The notes beneath the pieces are model-generated. The model was not told the DNA's origin. It made no database searches and saw nothing but the letters and a program-made list of their open reading frames with translations. The translations under genes and the position numbers were made by a program. Of a stretch of 45,396 nucleotides of DNA, positions 36,471 through 45,396 are shown in pieces. How positions within the stretch are numbered: the first letter of the stretch is position 1; each line of letters begins with the position of its first letter. Source of the DNA: Deltaproteobacteria bacterium (GTDB taxonomy: Bacteria; Myxococcota_A; UBA9160; SMWR01); contig JAQBGU010000008.1 in assembly GCA_032128375.1 (NCBI GenBank), forward strand, positions 1 through 45,396. Direction: 5' to 3'.

Positions 36471-37892
36471 TCAATTCGCCGGGTTCGGGTTTTGTGCCAG
36501 GTATTTCAAGAGGTAGGGAAGCAGCAGCTTCATCAGGTCCTGTTTCGGCGCAATCTGTTCGCCTAATGCGAACACGTAGCTCAGGGTCTTCGCGTACAGC
36601 AGCAGATCGTTTGGTAACTGAAGGCCTTCGGTTTGCTGGAGGAGAGCCTTGGCCTCGTCCTTCAGGCCCAGCACTTGTGAGCCCGCGATCTGCAGTGCGC
36701 CGCTGACGCCGATGCGGTCGAACATCCGTTCGACGGCGGTGCGCACCGCGGACTCGGCGCCGGGTGCGATCATGCCCATGCGCTGCATGCCCTCGATGAA
36801 TGCGCCGAGGTCTCGCTGGATCAGGGCATGGATTGCGCGGCGCATCTCATCGCGAAGCCCGGGGGCGAGCCGCCGGCTCAGTCCGAAGTCGACGAACAGC
36901 AGGCGAGGGTGGGAGCCGGCTCCCGGCTCATCGATGACGAACAGGTTCCCCGGGTGGGGGTCGGCATGGAACAATCCGTCGACGAATACCTGTTTGGCGT
37001 AGGCGCGGCCGATCGATTCGAGGACCGCCGCCGGGTCGACGCCCAAGCGCGCGAGCCCCGCCGCGTCGTCGACCCGGACTGTCGGGAAGTATTCCATGGT
37101 CAGGACCCGACGTGACGAGTGCGAGGCGTGCACCCGTGGGACCGCAACGCGTTCGTCTCCTGACAAGTTGGCCCGAATCTCACCCGCGACGGCCGCCTCT
37201 CGGGCGAAATCCAGTTCGCTGCGAAAACCCATTTCGAACTCAGACAGGAGCTGTGCGAAGTTCACCTGCGTCCGGCCGGTTGCCGCTTTGAACATGCGTA
37301 GCCCCCAACGGGCGATCGCCATGTCGGCCGATACAGAGCCCTCTAGCCACGGGTATTGGACCTTGACTGCCACGCTGATTCCAGAGGCGAGTTCGGCGCG
37401 GTGGACCTGCGCGATGGATGCGGCCGCGATCGACTCGGCCGAGAAGCTCACGAAAAGCGAATCCAGGGGTTGTCCCAGCTCTGCTTCGACCATCGCGCGT
37501 ACCCAGCGAAATGGCAGCGGTGGCACCTGGTCGCGGAGTTTCGCGAGCGGAACCGTCACCGATGCAGGCAGCAGATCGTGGCGAATCGCCGCGAACTGGC
37601 CCGCCTTTGCAAACGTGCCTTTCAGGGCGCCCAATGTGTCCACCAAGCGCTGTGCGGACCGCTCCTGCCAACGTGCGAGGAGTGTGGGTCGATTGGCCCT
37701 CAAGAGCGCCACTATTTCGATCACGCCCCGGTCCAGGCCGATTTGAGCTGCGCACAGCGCCAACTGGAAGACTTGCTCTATTCCCCATCTTCGGCACGCG
37801 AAACGCCATGAGCGGCTGGGATGTCTAAAGTGGGGCCGGAGCGGGGACGCAATGGTCGTCTCCCTGACCGGCGGCGGTGCCGCAGACTGCAT
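36471..37892 (-). CDS. ABC1/UbiB/AarF atypical kinase family protein
   Basis: KxGQ motif (AKAGQ), AAASIAQVHRA, VAVKVQYP, ELDF..EA, VLTMEY, FHADPHPGN and DFG. Start approximate. Confidence 0.92.
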   Translation of the reverse strand: MQSAAPPPVRETTIASPLRPHFRHPSRSWRFACRRWGIEQVFQLALCAAQIGLDRGVIEIVALLRANRPTLLARWQERSAQRLVDTLGALKGTFAKAGQFAAIRHDLLPASVTVPLAKLRDQVPPLPFRWVRAMVEAELGQPLDSLFVSFSAESIAAASIAQVHRAELASGISVAVKVQYPWLEGSVSADMAIARWGLRMFKAATGRTQVNFAQLLSEFEMGFRSELDFAREAAVAGEIRANLSGDERVAVPRVHASHSSRRVLTMEYFPTVRVDDAAGLARLGVDPAAVLESIGRAYAKQVFVDGLFHADPHPGNLFVIDEPGAGSHPRLLFVDFGLSRRLAPGLRDEMRRAIHALIQRDLGAFIEGMQRMGMIAPGAESAVRTAVERMFDRIGVSGALQIAGSQVLGLKDEAKALLQQTEGLQLPNDLLLYAKTLSYVFALGEQIAPKQDLMKLLLPYLLKYLAQNPNPAN

Positions 37893-38082
37893 CAATCCTC
37901 GAACCCCTATACAGTGCCTTTCTCAACGGTCACATCGACCGCAATCGATTGGGAAGGAACACAACGACATTTCCGGTGTGCCCAGAAACCGTTGCCTTGA
38001 CAACGCGCCTGCCAGTAGTTTACAGAATCGTTCCCCCCGACGGGCTGAGCCGCTCAACGGGATCCATTGGGAGTCTCTTCTC

Positions 38083-39567
38083 GTGTCCAGATCTTCATCT
38101 CTGCGGCTGCTGCTAGCAGTCACTCTTACGCTGACGAGTGGCATTTTCGGCTGCCACGTTCTCGACTTTTCACCGCGCTTCGCGCCCGACGAGATCGATA
38201 TTCTCGACGACCTGTTCGCGGTGTCGGTCGTCGATGCGGACCATGTCGTGGCGGTCGGCTACCACGGCGCGACCTATTACACCGAGGACGGCGGCGACAA
38301 CTGGTCCAAAGGGTCGAGCGAGACGTCCCGACTCCTCTACAGCGTGTCGATGGCGAACCAGAAGGTCGGCTGGGCGGTCGGACAGTTGGGTACGATCGTC
38401 CGAACCGAAGATGGCGGTCGCACCTGGAAGCTGCAGCCCAATATCAAGGCGGAAGAAGGTTCCCATCTGTTCGGTGTGCATGCGATCGATGCGAATCGGG
38501 CGTGGGTAGTCGGTGTCTGGGGTTCGCGGATCTTCACCGACGACGGTGGGAAGACCTGGTCCGACCATTCGGTGCCGGTGACGCTCGATCATCCGATGTT
38601 TGTTTGGTTGTCGACCGAAGACCAGGAGCGGGTCCGCAACGGGGAATTGGTCTACGAAGACGTCGGCCTGAACAACATTTCATGTCTTCCTCTTCCGTCT
38701 CAGCAATGCTGGATCGTCGGCGAGTTCGGGTACATCTACTACTCGGAAGACCTCGGAACCACATGGACACGCGGCGAGATTCTCGGCGAACAGCGCATGA
38801 GTCCGATCGAATTCGACTACAACAAAATCGAGCTTGCGGAATCGGATGTCAGTTCGCTCAAGGAGTTTGCTGCGAGTATCGAAGATGCCACCCATCTGAA
38901 CGTAATGATCGATCCTTTCGCCAACGCTCAGGAAATGAGCGAGTTCGGTAGGGAAGACGACCCTTCTGAACTGTTCGACATCCTGTCCGCGCGGATCGAC
39001 GAAGTGCGCTCGGTGCTCGAGGCGGCTGGGATTTTGTCCGACCGTATGCGCATACCCAATAAGCCACCCTGGGATTTCGAGGATTTCGTCGAACACGACG
39101 CGACGTTTCTAACCCGCTATTTCGATGGCCGTCGTGCCGAGGTACCTGGCATCAAGGTGGTCGTGATGCAGAACCCGTATCTGTTCACGATTCGATTTAC
39201 CGACCAGGACAACGGGCTGATCACCGGGCTCGGAGGTGTGATCCTGCGCAGCTCGGATGGCGGACGAAGTTGGTTCTACCGGGAAACGGATCGCAAGAAC
39301 GCATTCTTCTCGGTAGCGACCGGCGCCGATCGCATCGTCGCGGTGGGAGAGAAGGGACTGGTCCGGACGTCGACTGATGGAGGCGATTCGTGGGGCGAGC
39401 CCGGCGAGTCACAGTTCCCGAGGATCTTCACGTTCATGCGTGACGTTGGCTTCGACAGCCAGAGGGACGTCGGCTACATCGTCGGCCAGGCCGGGATGGT
39501 GCTGCGCAGCAAGGACGCCGGTCAGACTTGGACGCAGGTGCTGCCCCCGGAAGACCGCCGCTCGTAG
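38083..39567 (+). CDS. Ycf48-like / BNR (Asp-box) beta-propeller lipoprotein
   Basis: GTG 38083 with GGGAG, lipobox IFGC and seven Asp-box repeats (TEDGGDNW, TEDGGRTW, TDDGGKTW, SEDLGTTW, SSDGGRSW, STDGGDSW, SKDAGQTW). Confidence 0.85.
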   Translation: MSRSSSLRLLLAVTLTLTSGIFGCHVLDFSPRFAPDEIDILDDLFAVSVVDADHVVAVGYHGATYYTEDGGDNWSKGSSETSRLLYSVSMANQKVGWAVGQLGTIVRTEDGGRTWKLQPNIKAEEGSHLFGVHAIDANRAWVVGVWGSRIFTDDGGKTWSDHSVPVTLDHPMFVWLSTEDQERVRNGELVYEDVGLNNISCLPLPSQQCWIVGEFGYIYYSEDLGTTWTRGEILGEQRMSPIEFDYNKIELAESDVSSLKEFAASIEDATHLNVMIDPFANAQEMSEFGREDDPSELFDILSARIDEVRSVLEAAGILSDRMRIPNKPPWDFEDFVEHDATFLTRYFDGRRAEVPGIKVVVMQNPYLFTIRFTDQDNGLITGLGGVILRSSDGGRSWFYRETDRKNAFFSVATGADRIVAVGEKGLVRTSTDGGDSWGEPGESQFPRIFTFMRDVGFDSQRDVGYIVGQAGMVLRSKDAGQTWTQVLPPEDRRS

Positions 39568-39643
39568 CGAGCCATCGTGAACGGGTAGCAGTGCCCGCAG
39601 TGCAGCCGTAGTAGAATGCCGCTAGCGGAGATATCCAGGCCGG

Positions 39644-41293
39644 CTATTCGACCGTCTTGTTGCCGCCGGTCTCAGAGCGCTCGCGGAGTTCGATCCGGCG
39701 AATTTTTCCACTGATCGTTTTCGGCAGCGATTCGACGAACTCGATCTCTCGTGGATACTTGTACGGTGCGGTCACCGCTTTGACGTGATCCTGAAGTCGC
39801 GTCACGAGCCCCGCGTCGTGGGTGACGCCCTCGCGAGTTACCACGAACGCCTTGACGATCGAGCCCCGGTCGGGGTGTGGTGCCGCCACCGCCGCTGCCT
39901 CGACGACATCTGGATGCTCGATCAGGGCACTCTCGACCTCGAACGGGCCGATTCGATAGCCCGCAGAGATGATCACGTCATCCGAGCGCCCGACGAACCA
40001 GAAGTAGCCGTCTGCATCGATGTAGGCCCGGTCACCGGTTACGTACCAGTCGCCGACGCGGCAACCGGCCGTGGCATGTTCGTCCTTCCAGTATTCACGA
40101 AACAGGCTGGGAGGGCTCCCGTAGACCGCGATGTCGCCGACCTCGCCAACCGGTACTGGCCGCCCCGATGAGTCGATCGTTTCGACGCGGTGGCCTGGCA
40201 TCGGTAGCCCCATCGATCCTGCACGCACCGGGATGCCGGGAAAATTGCCGACCAGCAGGATCGTCTCGGTTTGGCCATAGCCGTCGCGGATCGTGATGCC
40301 TGTCGCCTGTTTCCACGCACGAATTACTTCTGGATTCAAGGGCTCGCCCGCCGATACACACTCGCGCAGGTTCGGGATCCGCAGCTGACTGAGATCCTCC
40401 TTGACCAGCATCCGGAATTCGGTCGGAGGAGCGCAGAAAATATGCGGGCCCACCTCCACGAGGAAATCGAGTTCGCTGCGCGCATCGAAGCGCCCGTCGA
40501 ACAGGACGACCTCCGCACCCACACTCCAGGGACCGAAAATCACGCCGTAAGCGGCCTTTGCCCAGCCGGTGTCGCTCGTGGTCCACAGTCGATCGCCTGC
40601 TCGGGCACCGTGCCAATGGGTCGTGGTGTAGCGCTGAGCGTAGGTGTAGGCGTGGCTGTGGAGCACGGCCTTGGGCGGGCCGGTCGTACCCGACGTGTAG
40701 TAGACCAGCGCCGGGTCCGAGGCGGCGGTCGGGTTGCCGTCCCAGCTGTCCGACGTGCTCTGCATCGCGCTCCGCAGATCGATCCAACCGGGTGCAGCCG
40801 CCCCATCCGAGGTGAGTTCGAGAAAATGTCGGACGCTCGGGATATCGCCGCGAACCTGGTCGACGCTGACGGTCTGTTCGCTCAGCGTAACGATCGCTAC
40901 CGCGCCGCTGTGCTGGGCGCGGTAGGCGATGTCCTTGGGGCGTAGGATCGTCGAACTGGGGATTAGCAGCGCGCCGCATTTGAGCGCCCCGACTGTGACG
41001 ATCTGCCACTCTGGTACGCGGGGGAGCATCACAATGACCGGGTCGAGCGGCCCGATACCGAGTGCGCGAAGCAGGTCCGCAACGCGATTGGATGCGTCTC
41101 GGATTTGAGCGAACGTCAGCCGCCGCTCGCTTCCGCTCGCGTTTTTCCACAACACGGCCGGCCGCTCCGGGTTCTGAGCGAAGGCGTCGACAACGTCCCG
41201 GCCGAAATTGAACGTCTCTGGAATATTCCAGCGAAACGAATCTCGCTGTCGTTGGAAATTCGCAAGCTCGTCAATCATCTTCGGCTTCGACAT
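39644..41293 (-). CDS. Acyl-CoA synthetase (medium-chain/ACSM-like AMP-binding enzyme)
   Basis: FNFGRDVVD, YTSGTTGPPK, DTGWAK, SAGEPLNPEV, YGQTET, TGDRAY, GYRIGPFEVE, PYKYPREIEF and LPKTISGK. Confidence 0.94.
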   Translation of the reverse strand: MSKPKMIDELANFQRQRDSFRWNIPETFNFGRDVVDAFAQNPERPAVLWKNASGSERRLTFAQIRDASNRVADLLRALGIGPLDPVIVMLPRVPEWQIVTVGALKCGALLIPSSTILRPKDIAYRAQHSGAVAIVTLSEQTVSVDQVRGDIPSVRHFLELTSDGAAAPGWIDLRSAMQSTSDSWDGNPTAASDPALVYYTSGTTGPPKAVLHSHAYTYAQRYTTTHWHGARAGDRLWTTSDTGWAKAAYGVIFGPWSVGAEVVLFDGRFDARSELDFLVEVGPHIFCAPPTEFRMLVKEDLSQLRIPNLRECVSAGEPLNPEVIRAWKQATGITIRDGYGQTETILLVGNFPGIPVRAGSMGLPMPGHRVETIDSSGRPVPVGEVGDIAVYGSPPSLFREYWKDEHATAGCRVGDWYVTGDRAYIDADGYFWFVGRSDDVIISAGYRIGPFEVESALIEHPDVVEAAAVAAPHPDRGSIVKAFVVTREGVTHDAGLVTRLQDHVKAVTAPYKYPREIEFVESLPKTISGKIRRIELRERSETGGNKTVE

Positions 41294-41497
41294 CGCGGCG
41301 AACGTAACGCGACTTTCGTGTCTCAGCCCCTGCTCGGCGTTCGCGAGATCTCGACGCAGATCGCGCCGGCCCACTGTCCGGCCGGCGCTCGGATCGGGAT
41401 TGGCAAGCGGCAATCATCTCATTCGGGGCTATTCTGCCCCGGCAGCTTGAGTCTCAAGCGCCGCGCGTGCACTGCCGAATCCAGGATTGGAGGATCT

Positions 41498-42928
41498 GTG
41501 AGCGTGCCGGAACAGGGTTCGACACAGCAGACAGCTAGCGAATCTCGGCGCCCGCGCGTGGTCGTCGTCGATGACGATCGCCTGATTCGCACGATAGTCG
41601 CGGACGCGATGGCTGACCTGGCAGATGTAGAGGTTTGCGACTCCGGCGAGGGCGCGCTGCAGGCACTGCGCCGCATGCCCGCAGCGTTGGTGATCTCGGA
41701 CTTTACGATGCCCGGGATGAGCGGAATCGAGTTGCTCGACGAGGTCAGTCGTGCGTACCCCAATACCGACTTCGTGCTGTTGACCGGCAACGCGACTATC
41801 GAAAGCGCTGTCGGAGCGCTTCGGATGGGAGCAGCAGACTACCTGACCAAGCCCATTCGCCAAGATGAGCTGAGGTCGGTTGCCGAACGGATCTTGTCGC
41901 GACGGCGCCTGTTCGAAGAGAACGAAAAATTGCGCGACACGCTCCGCATTGTCGAGTCGTGCCGGAACCTGATGCGCTGCAGTGAGCCGGGGGAGGTCTA
42001 TGCGGTCTCTCTCGACTTGCTGCTCCAGAACCTTCCGCGTCAGCGCGGGATCGCGCTATTTCGGCGCAGCTCGATCCCGATGGCCAACGGCGTGGCGTTC
42101 CGCGGTTTCGGTGAAGCCGAGGCTCGCGCAATGCGCGATGTGCTGATGGGCAACAAGCCGGTCAACCTCGATACGATTTCACAACTCGAGGTTCTGGACC
42201 GGGGCGCGTTTCATGACACACTATATAGTGTTGGAATTGCCACGACCGCGATCGTTGCGGTGCCCATGCGTGGCGCCGACAAAGAAAAGGGCGTGCTGTG
42301 GCTGTTCGAAGACGGACGGCCCTTCCAAGCCGCGGAGCTGGAACGGATCGAATTGATCGTTGCACACGCCGAACTCGCGTTGCGCAATGCGGAACGGTAT
42401 GACCAGGCCAAGGAACGGGCTTTCATCGATGACGTGACGGAGGTCTACAACGCTCGCTATCTGCTGCAGGCCACGGACAACGAAATGCAGCGGGCCGAGC
42501 GCTCCGGCAAGCCTCTGACGGTGCTATTTCTCGACCTGGACCGCTTCAAGCTCGTCAATGACCAATACGGCCACCTCATCGGTTCGCGTGCTCTGAGGCG
42601 ACTTTCCGAGGTCTTGGGGGACTGCATCCGTCAGATCGATACTCTCGCGCGCTACGGGGGTGACGAGTTCACGATCTTGTTGGTCGATACTCCACACGAA
42701 GCCGGCCGGGCCGTCGCCGAACGCATCCGGGCGATGGTTGCCGATACCGTCTTCGAAGCCGGCGGTGACACCCCGTTTCGGCTGAGCATCAGTATTGGCG
42801 TCGCGACCTACCCGGATCACACGCTGAACCGCCGCGACCTACTCGATCTGTCGGACAAGGCGATGTACCGGGCGAAATCGCTGGGCCGGAACTGCGTTTG
42901 TTCGGTGATCGACCTCGTCGGCGATTGA
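41498..42928 (+). CDS. Diguanylate cyclase, REC-GAF-GGDEF
   Basis: GTG with GGAGGA SD, REC (VVVVDDD...SDFTMPG...KP), GAF-like middle, DLDRFKLVNDQYGH, RxxD I-site (RQID) and intact GGDEF. Confidence 0.92.
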   Translation: MSVPEQGSTQQTASESRRPRVVVVDDDRLIRTIVADAMADLADVEVCDSGEGALQALRRMPAALVISDFTMPGMSGIELLDEVSRAYPNTDFVLLTGNATIESAVGALRMGAADYLTKPIRQDELRSVAERILSRRRLFEENEKLRDTLRIVESCRNLMRCSEPGEVYAVSLDLLLQNLPRQRGIALFRRSSIPMANGVAFRGFGEAEARAMRDVLMGNKPVNLDTISQLEVLDRGAFHDTLYSVGIATTAIVAVPMRGADKEKGVLWLFEDGRPFQAAELERIELIVAHAELALRNAERYDQAKERAFIDDVTEVYNARYLLQATDNEMQRAERSGKPLTVLFLDLDRFKLVNDQYGHLIGSRALRRLSEVLGDCIRQIDTLARYGGDEFTILLVDTPHEAGRAVAERIRAMVADTVFEAGGDTPFRLSISIGVATYPDHTLNRRDLLDLSDKAMYRAKSLGRNCVCSVIDLVGD

Positions 42929-42982
42929 TCTGCGCCAGCGCGCGCGGTTCTCGCAACATCGCTCGTTGCATGCAGATGCGGA

Positions 42983-43012
42983 TTGACAGTTCCGCCCAGT
43001 CTCTGCTATCCA
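42983..43012 (+). promoter_or_regulatory. Putative sigma70-type promoter of aspS
   Basis: Perfect TTGACA (42983-42988), 18-bp spacer and extended TGn-TATCCA. An AT-rich leader and GGGAGA SD precede GTG 43065. Confidence 0.45.
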
Positions 43013-43064
43013 ACTCCGCGATTTCACTGATCTTTTATTAACTGAAACACGATAGGGAGAGTTA

Positions 43065-44897
43065 GTGACCGAGGGCTCAGAGCTCGACGGAATGGCGATG
43101 TTGCGTCGCAGCCATAAATGCGGGGACGTCACCGCCGTCCAGGTCGGCGCCGAAGTGACCGTGGCCGGATGGGTGCATCGCCGTCGTGATCACGGTGGAG
43201 TGATTTTCGTCGACCTGCGCGACGACAAAGGACTCGTCCAGGTCGTCTTCCGCCCGGAAGTTTCGACCGAATGCCACGCGCGGGCCGGAGAGCTTCGATC
43301 CGAATACGTCATCGCGATCCGCGGCGAGGTTGCTCGCCGCAGCGCCGACACCGTGAACCCGAAAATGCGGACCGGCGAGATCGAGATCGTGGTCGCGGAG
43401 ATCCGGCTGCTGAATCGTGCGACGTCGCCACCGTTCGCGATCGAGGAGGACGCGGACGTCGATGAAGCGACGCGGCTCCGATACAGGATTCACGATTTGC
43501 GCCGTCCCCCGCTGCAGCGCAATCTTCGGCTGCGAAGCCGGCTCTATCAATCGGTTCGGCGGGTGCTCGAGAGACGCGACTTCGTCGAGATCGAGACCCC
43601 CATTCTCGCCAAGGCGACGCCCGAGGGTGCGCGCGATTTCCTCGTCCCGAGTCGGCTGCAACCCGGTGAGTTCTATGCGTTGCCGCAATCGCCGCAATTG
43701 ATGAAACAGCTGCTGATGGTGTCGGGATTTGACCGCTACTACCAGATCGTCCGCTGTTTTCGCGACGAGGACGGGCGCGCCGACCGCCAGCTCGAGTTTA
43801 CGCAGGTGGACCTCGAAATGGCGTTCGTCAACGTAGACGACGTACTCGAGGTGCTCGAGGAACTGACTGAAGCTTCGTTTCGAGACCTGTTGGGTGTGGA
43901 GATTGCGCGGCCGTTCCCGCGAATTTCGTACGCCGAGGCGATGGCGCGTTTCGGGTCAGACCGCCCCGATACGCGAATCGAGCTCGAGCTGGTCGAGCTG
44001 AGCGACGTGTTCGTGCAGAGCGATTTTCGAGCGTTTCGGTCCGTCGTCGACAACGGCGGGATCGTGAAGTGTCTGCCGATCCACGCTGCGGAGGGTCTCA
44101 GCCGCGGTGCCGTCGATCGACTGGAGAAGTTCGTCAAGAAGGAACTCGGTGCGAAGGGGCTGGCTTGGATTCGGGTCAACGACGATGGCTCCTGGCAGTC
44201 GCCAATCGTGAAGTTCTTTTCCGACAGCGAGCGCGCCGCGATCATCGAGCGGACCGGCGCCCGGCCCGGGTCGCTGTTGTTCTTCCAAGCGGATACGTCC
44301 GACCGCGCAAACGCGATCCTGTCGCGGCTGCGTACGGACCTGGGACGCGAGCTCGGGCGGATCGACAAACGTCCATGGGATGTGTTGTTTGTCGTGGACT
44401 TCCCGGTGTTTCAGTCCGACGATGAGGGGGGTCTGACTTACGTCCACCAGCCTTTCGTGGCTCCAGTGGATGAGGATATTCCACTCCTGGATACGGATCC
44501 GGAGAAGGTGCGCGGCACCCACTACGATGTGGTGGTCAATGGCGTCGAACTCGGGTCCGGGAGTCTGCGAAACCACCGGTCGGAGGTGCAACGCCGAATT
44601 CTCGAGATCATGGGCTATTCGAAGAAGGAGTCAGAATCCCAGTTCGGTTTTCTGCTCAATGCGCTCGACTCGGGTGCACCGCCGCACGGTGGGTTCGCGT
44701 TCGGACTGGACCGATGGGTGATGGTCCTCGCCGCCGTGGAAAACCTGCGCGATGTGGTTGCATTCCCCAAGACGCAGCGTGGCCAGGACCTGTTGATGGG
44801 AGCGCCGACTTTGGTGGAAGCTTCGCAACTCGATGAGCTGAGCGTTCGTGTCGTGCTTCGAGATTCATCAAAGGATTCGCCACCATCAACGAGCTAA
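43065..44897 (+). CDS. aspS: Aspartate--tRNA ligase (probably non-discriminating Asp/Asn type)
   Basis: GWVHRRRDHGGVIFVDLRD, TPEGARDFLVP, LPQSPQ, CFRDED.RADRQ.EFTQ, GAD insert, GAPPHGG and AFPKT. Confidence 0.97.
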   Translation: MTEGSELDGMAMLRRSHKCGDVTAVQVGAEVTVAGWVHRRRDHGGVIFVDLRDDKGLVQVVFRPEVSTECHARAGELRSEYVIAIRGEVARRSADTVNPKMRTGEIEIVVAEIRLLNRATSPPFAIEEDADVDEATRLRYRIHDLRRPPLQRNLRLRSRLYQSVRRVLERRDFVEIETPILAKATPEGARDFLVPSRLQPGEFYALPQSPQLMKQLLMVSGFDRYYQIVRCFRDEDGRADRQLEFTQVDLEMAFVNVDDVLEVLEELTEASFRDLLGVEIARPFPRISYAEAMARFGSDRPDTRIELELVELSDVFVQSDFRAFRSVVDNGGIVKCLPIHAAEGLSRGAVDRLEKFVKKELGAKGLAWIRVNDDGSWQSPIVKFFSDSERAAIIERTGARPGSLLFFQADTSDRANAILSRLRTDLGRELGRIDKRPWDVLFVVDFPVFQSDDEGGLTYVHQPFVAPVDEDIPLLDTDPEKVRGTHYDVVVNGVELGSGSLRNHRSEVQRRILEIMGYSKKESESQFGFLLNALDSGAPPHGGFAFGLDRWVMVLAAVENLRDVVAFPKTQRGQDLLMGAPTLVEASQLDELSVRVVLRDSSKDSPPSTS

Positions 44898-45030
44898 TTG
44901 ATCGACGCGCTCGAGAGTATCCGGAGGGAGGGACCCACCGGGCGACAACTTGCTGCACCGCACTGAAAGCTCTCGCCGCGATGCGGCGAACGCACAACGA
45001 GCTGCGAACTTCTCACGAACGGAGACCCCC

Positions 45031-45396
45031 ATGCGAAACACGATTGCTTTGATCGGAGGCGGAAACATCGGCGGCGTGCTCGCCGAGCAGATTGCCTACC
45101 GCGAACTCGGTGACGTCATCATCTTCGATGTCGTCGAGGGGCTGCCGCAAGGCAAGGCCCTCGACATGGCCGAGGGCGCACCCGTCATCGGTTCCGACGC
45201 GAAGATCACCGGCACCAACAGCTACGAGGGGATCGCCGGTGCGGACCTCGTGATCATCACCGCTGGGCTGGCGCGCAATCCCGGCATGTCGCGCGCCGAT
45301 CTGCTCGCGACGAACTTGAAGATCATGAATCAGGTCGCCGAAGGCGTACGGGATCACGCACCCGTCGCCTAAGTGATCGTCGTGTCGAACCCTCTC
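45031..45396 (+). CDS. mdh: Malate dehydrogenase (LDH-like), partial at window edge, with in-frame TAA at 45370-45372
   Basis: [20 protein letters not shown] and [17 protein letters not shown]. Homology continues in frame past the stop (VIVVSNPL) to the window end. Confidence 0.85.

Overview
GC-rich bacterial chromosomal segment (roughly 60-65% GC by eye). Gene content and order suggest a Myxococcota/deltaproteobacterial genome; this is an inference. Left half (1-21.3 kb): a minus-strand NodU-type carbamoyltransferase and SxtJ-like membrane gene sit divergent from a Wzx/Wzy-type exopolysaccharide export and precursor operon. That operon encodes a sigma54 response regulator, short OPX lipoprotein, outer-membrane beta-barrel, chain-length protein, ExeA-like ATPase, BY-kinase, WecA-like transferase, two epimerases, ugd and manC. 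It is followed by Crp/Fnr, a PAS histidine kinase, a second sigma54 regulator and a large TPR lipoprotein, an arrangement resembling PEP-CTERM/exosortase-associated EPS loci. Middle (21.3-32.5 kb): an 11-unit 20-24 bp tandem repeat array, then lysM-dprA-trmFO-xerC-hslV-hslU-(REC-GAF-GAF)-argB-argF. topA and argD are absent from their usual slots, and short tandem repeats lie in both gaps. Right (32.8-45.4 kb): a wHTH-J-domain-TPR protein, a lid-less Hsp70 and a PAS/pseudo-DHp protein form one putative operon. These are followed by an ABC1/UbiB kinase, a Ycf48-like Asp-box lipoprotein with an OmpA-like insert, an acyl-CoA synthetase, a REC-GAF-GGDEF cyclase, aspS and a partial mdh with an in-frame stop at the contig edge. 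No rRNA, tRNA, CRISPR array or transposase was recognised. All calls come from reading motifs by eye, without database searches.
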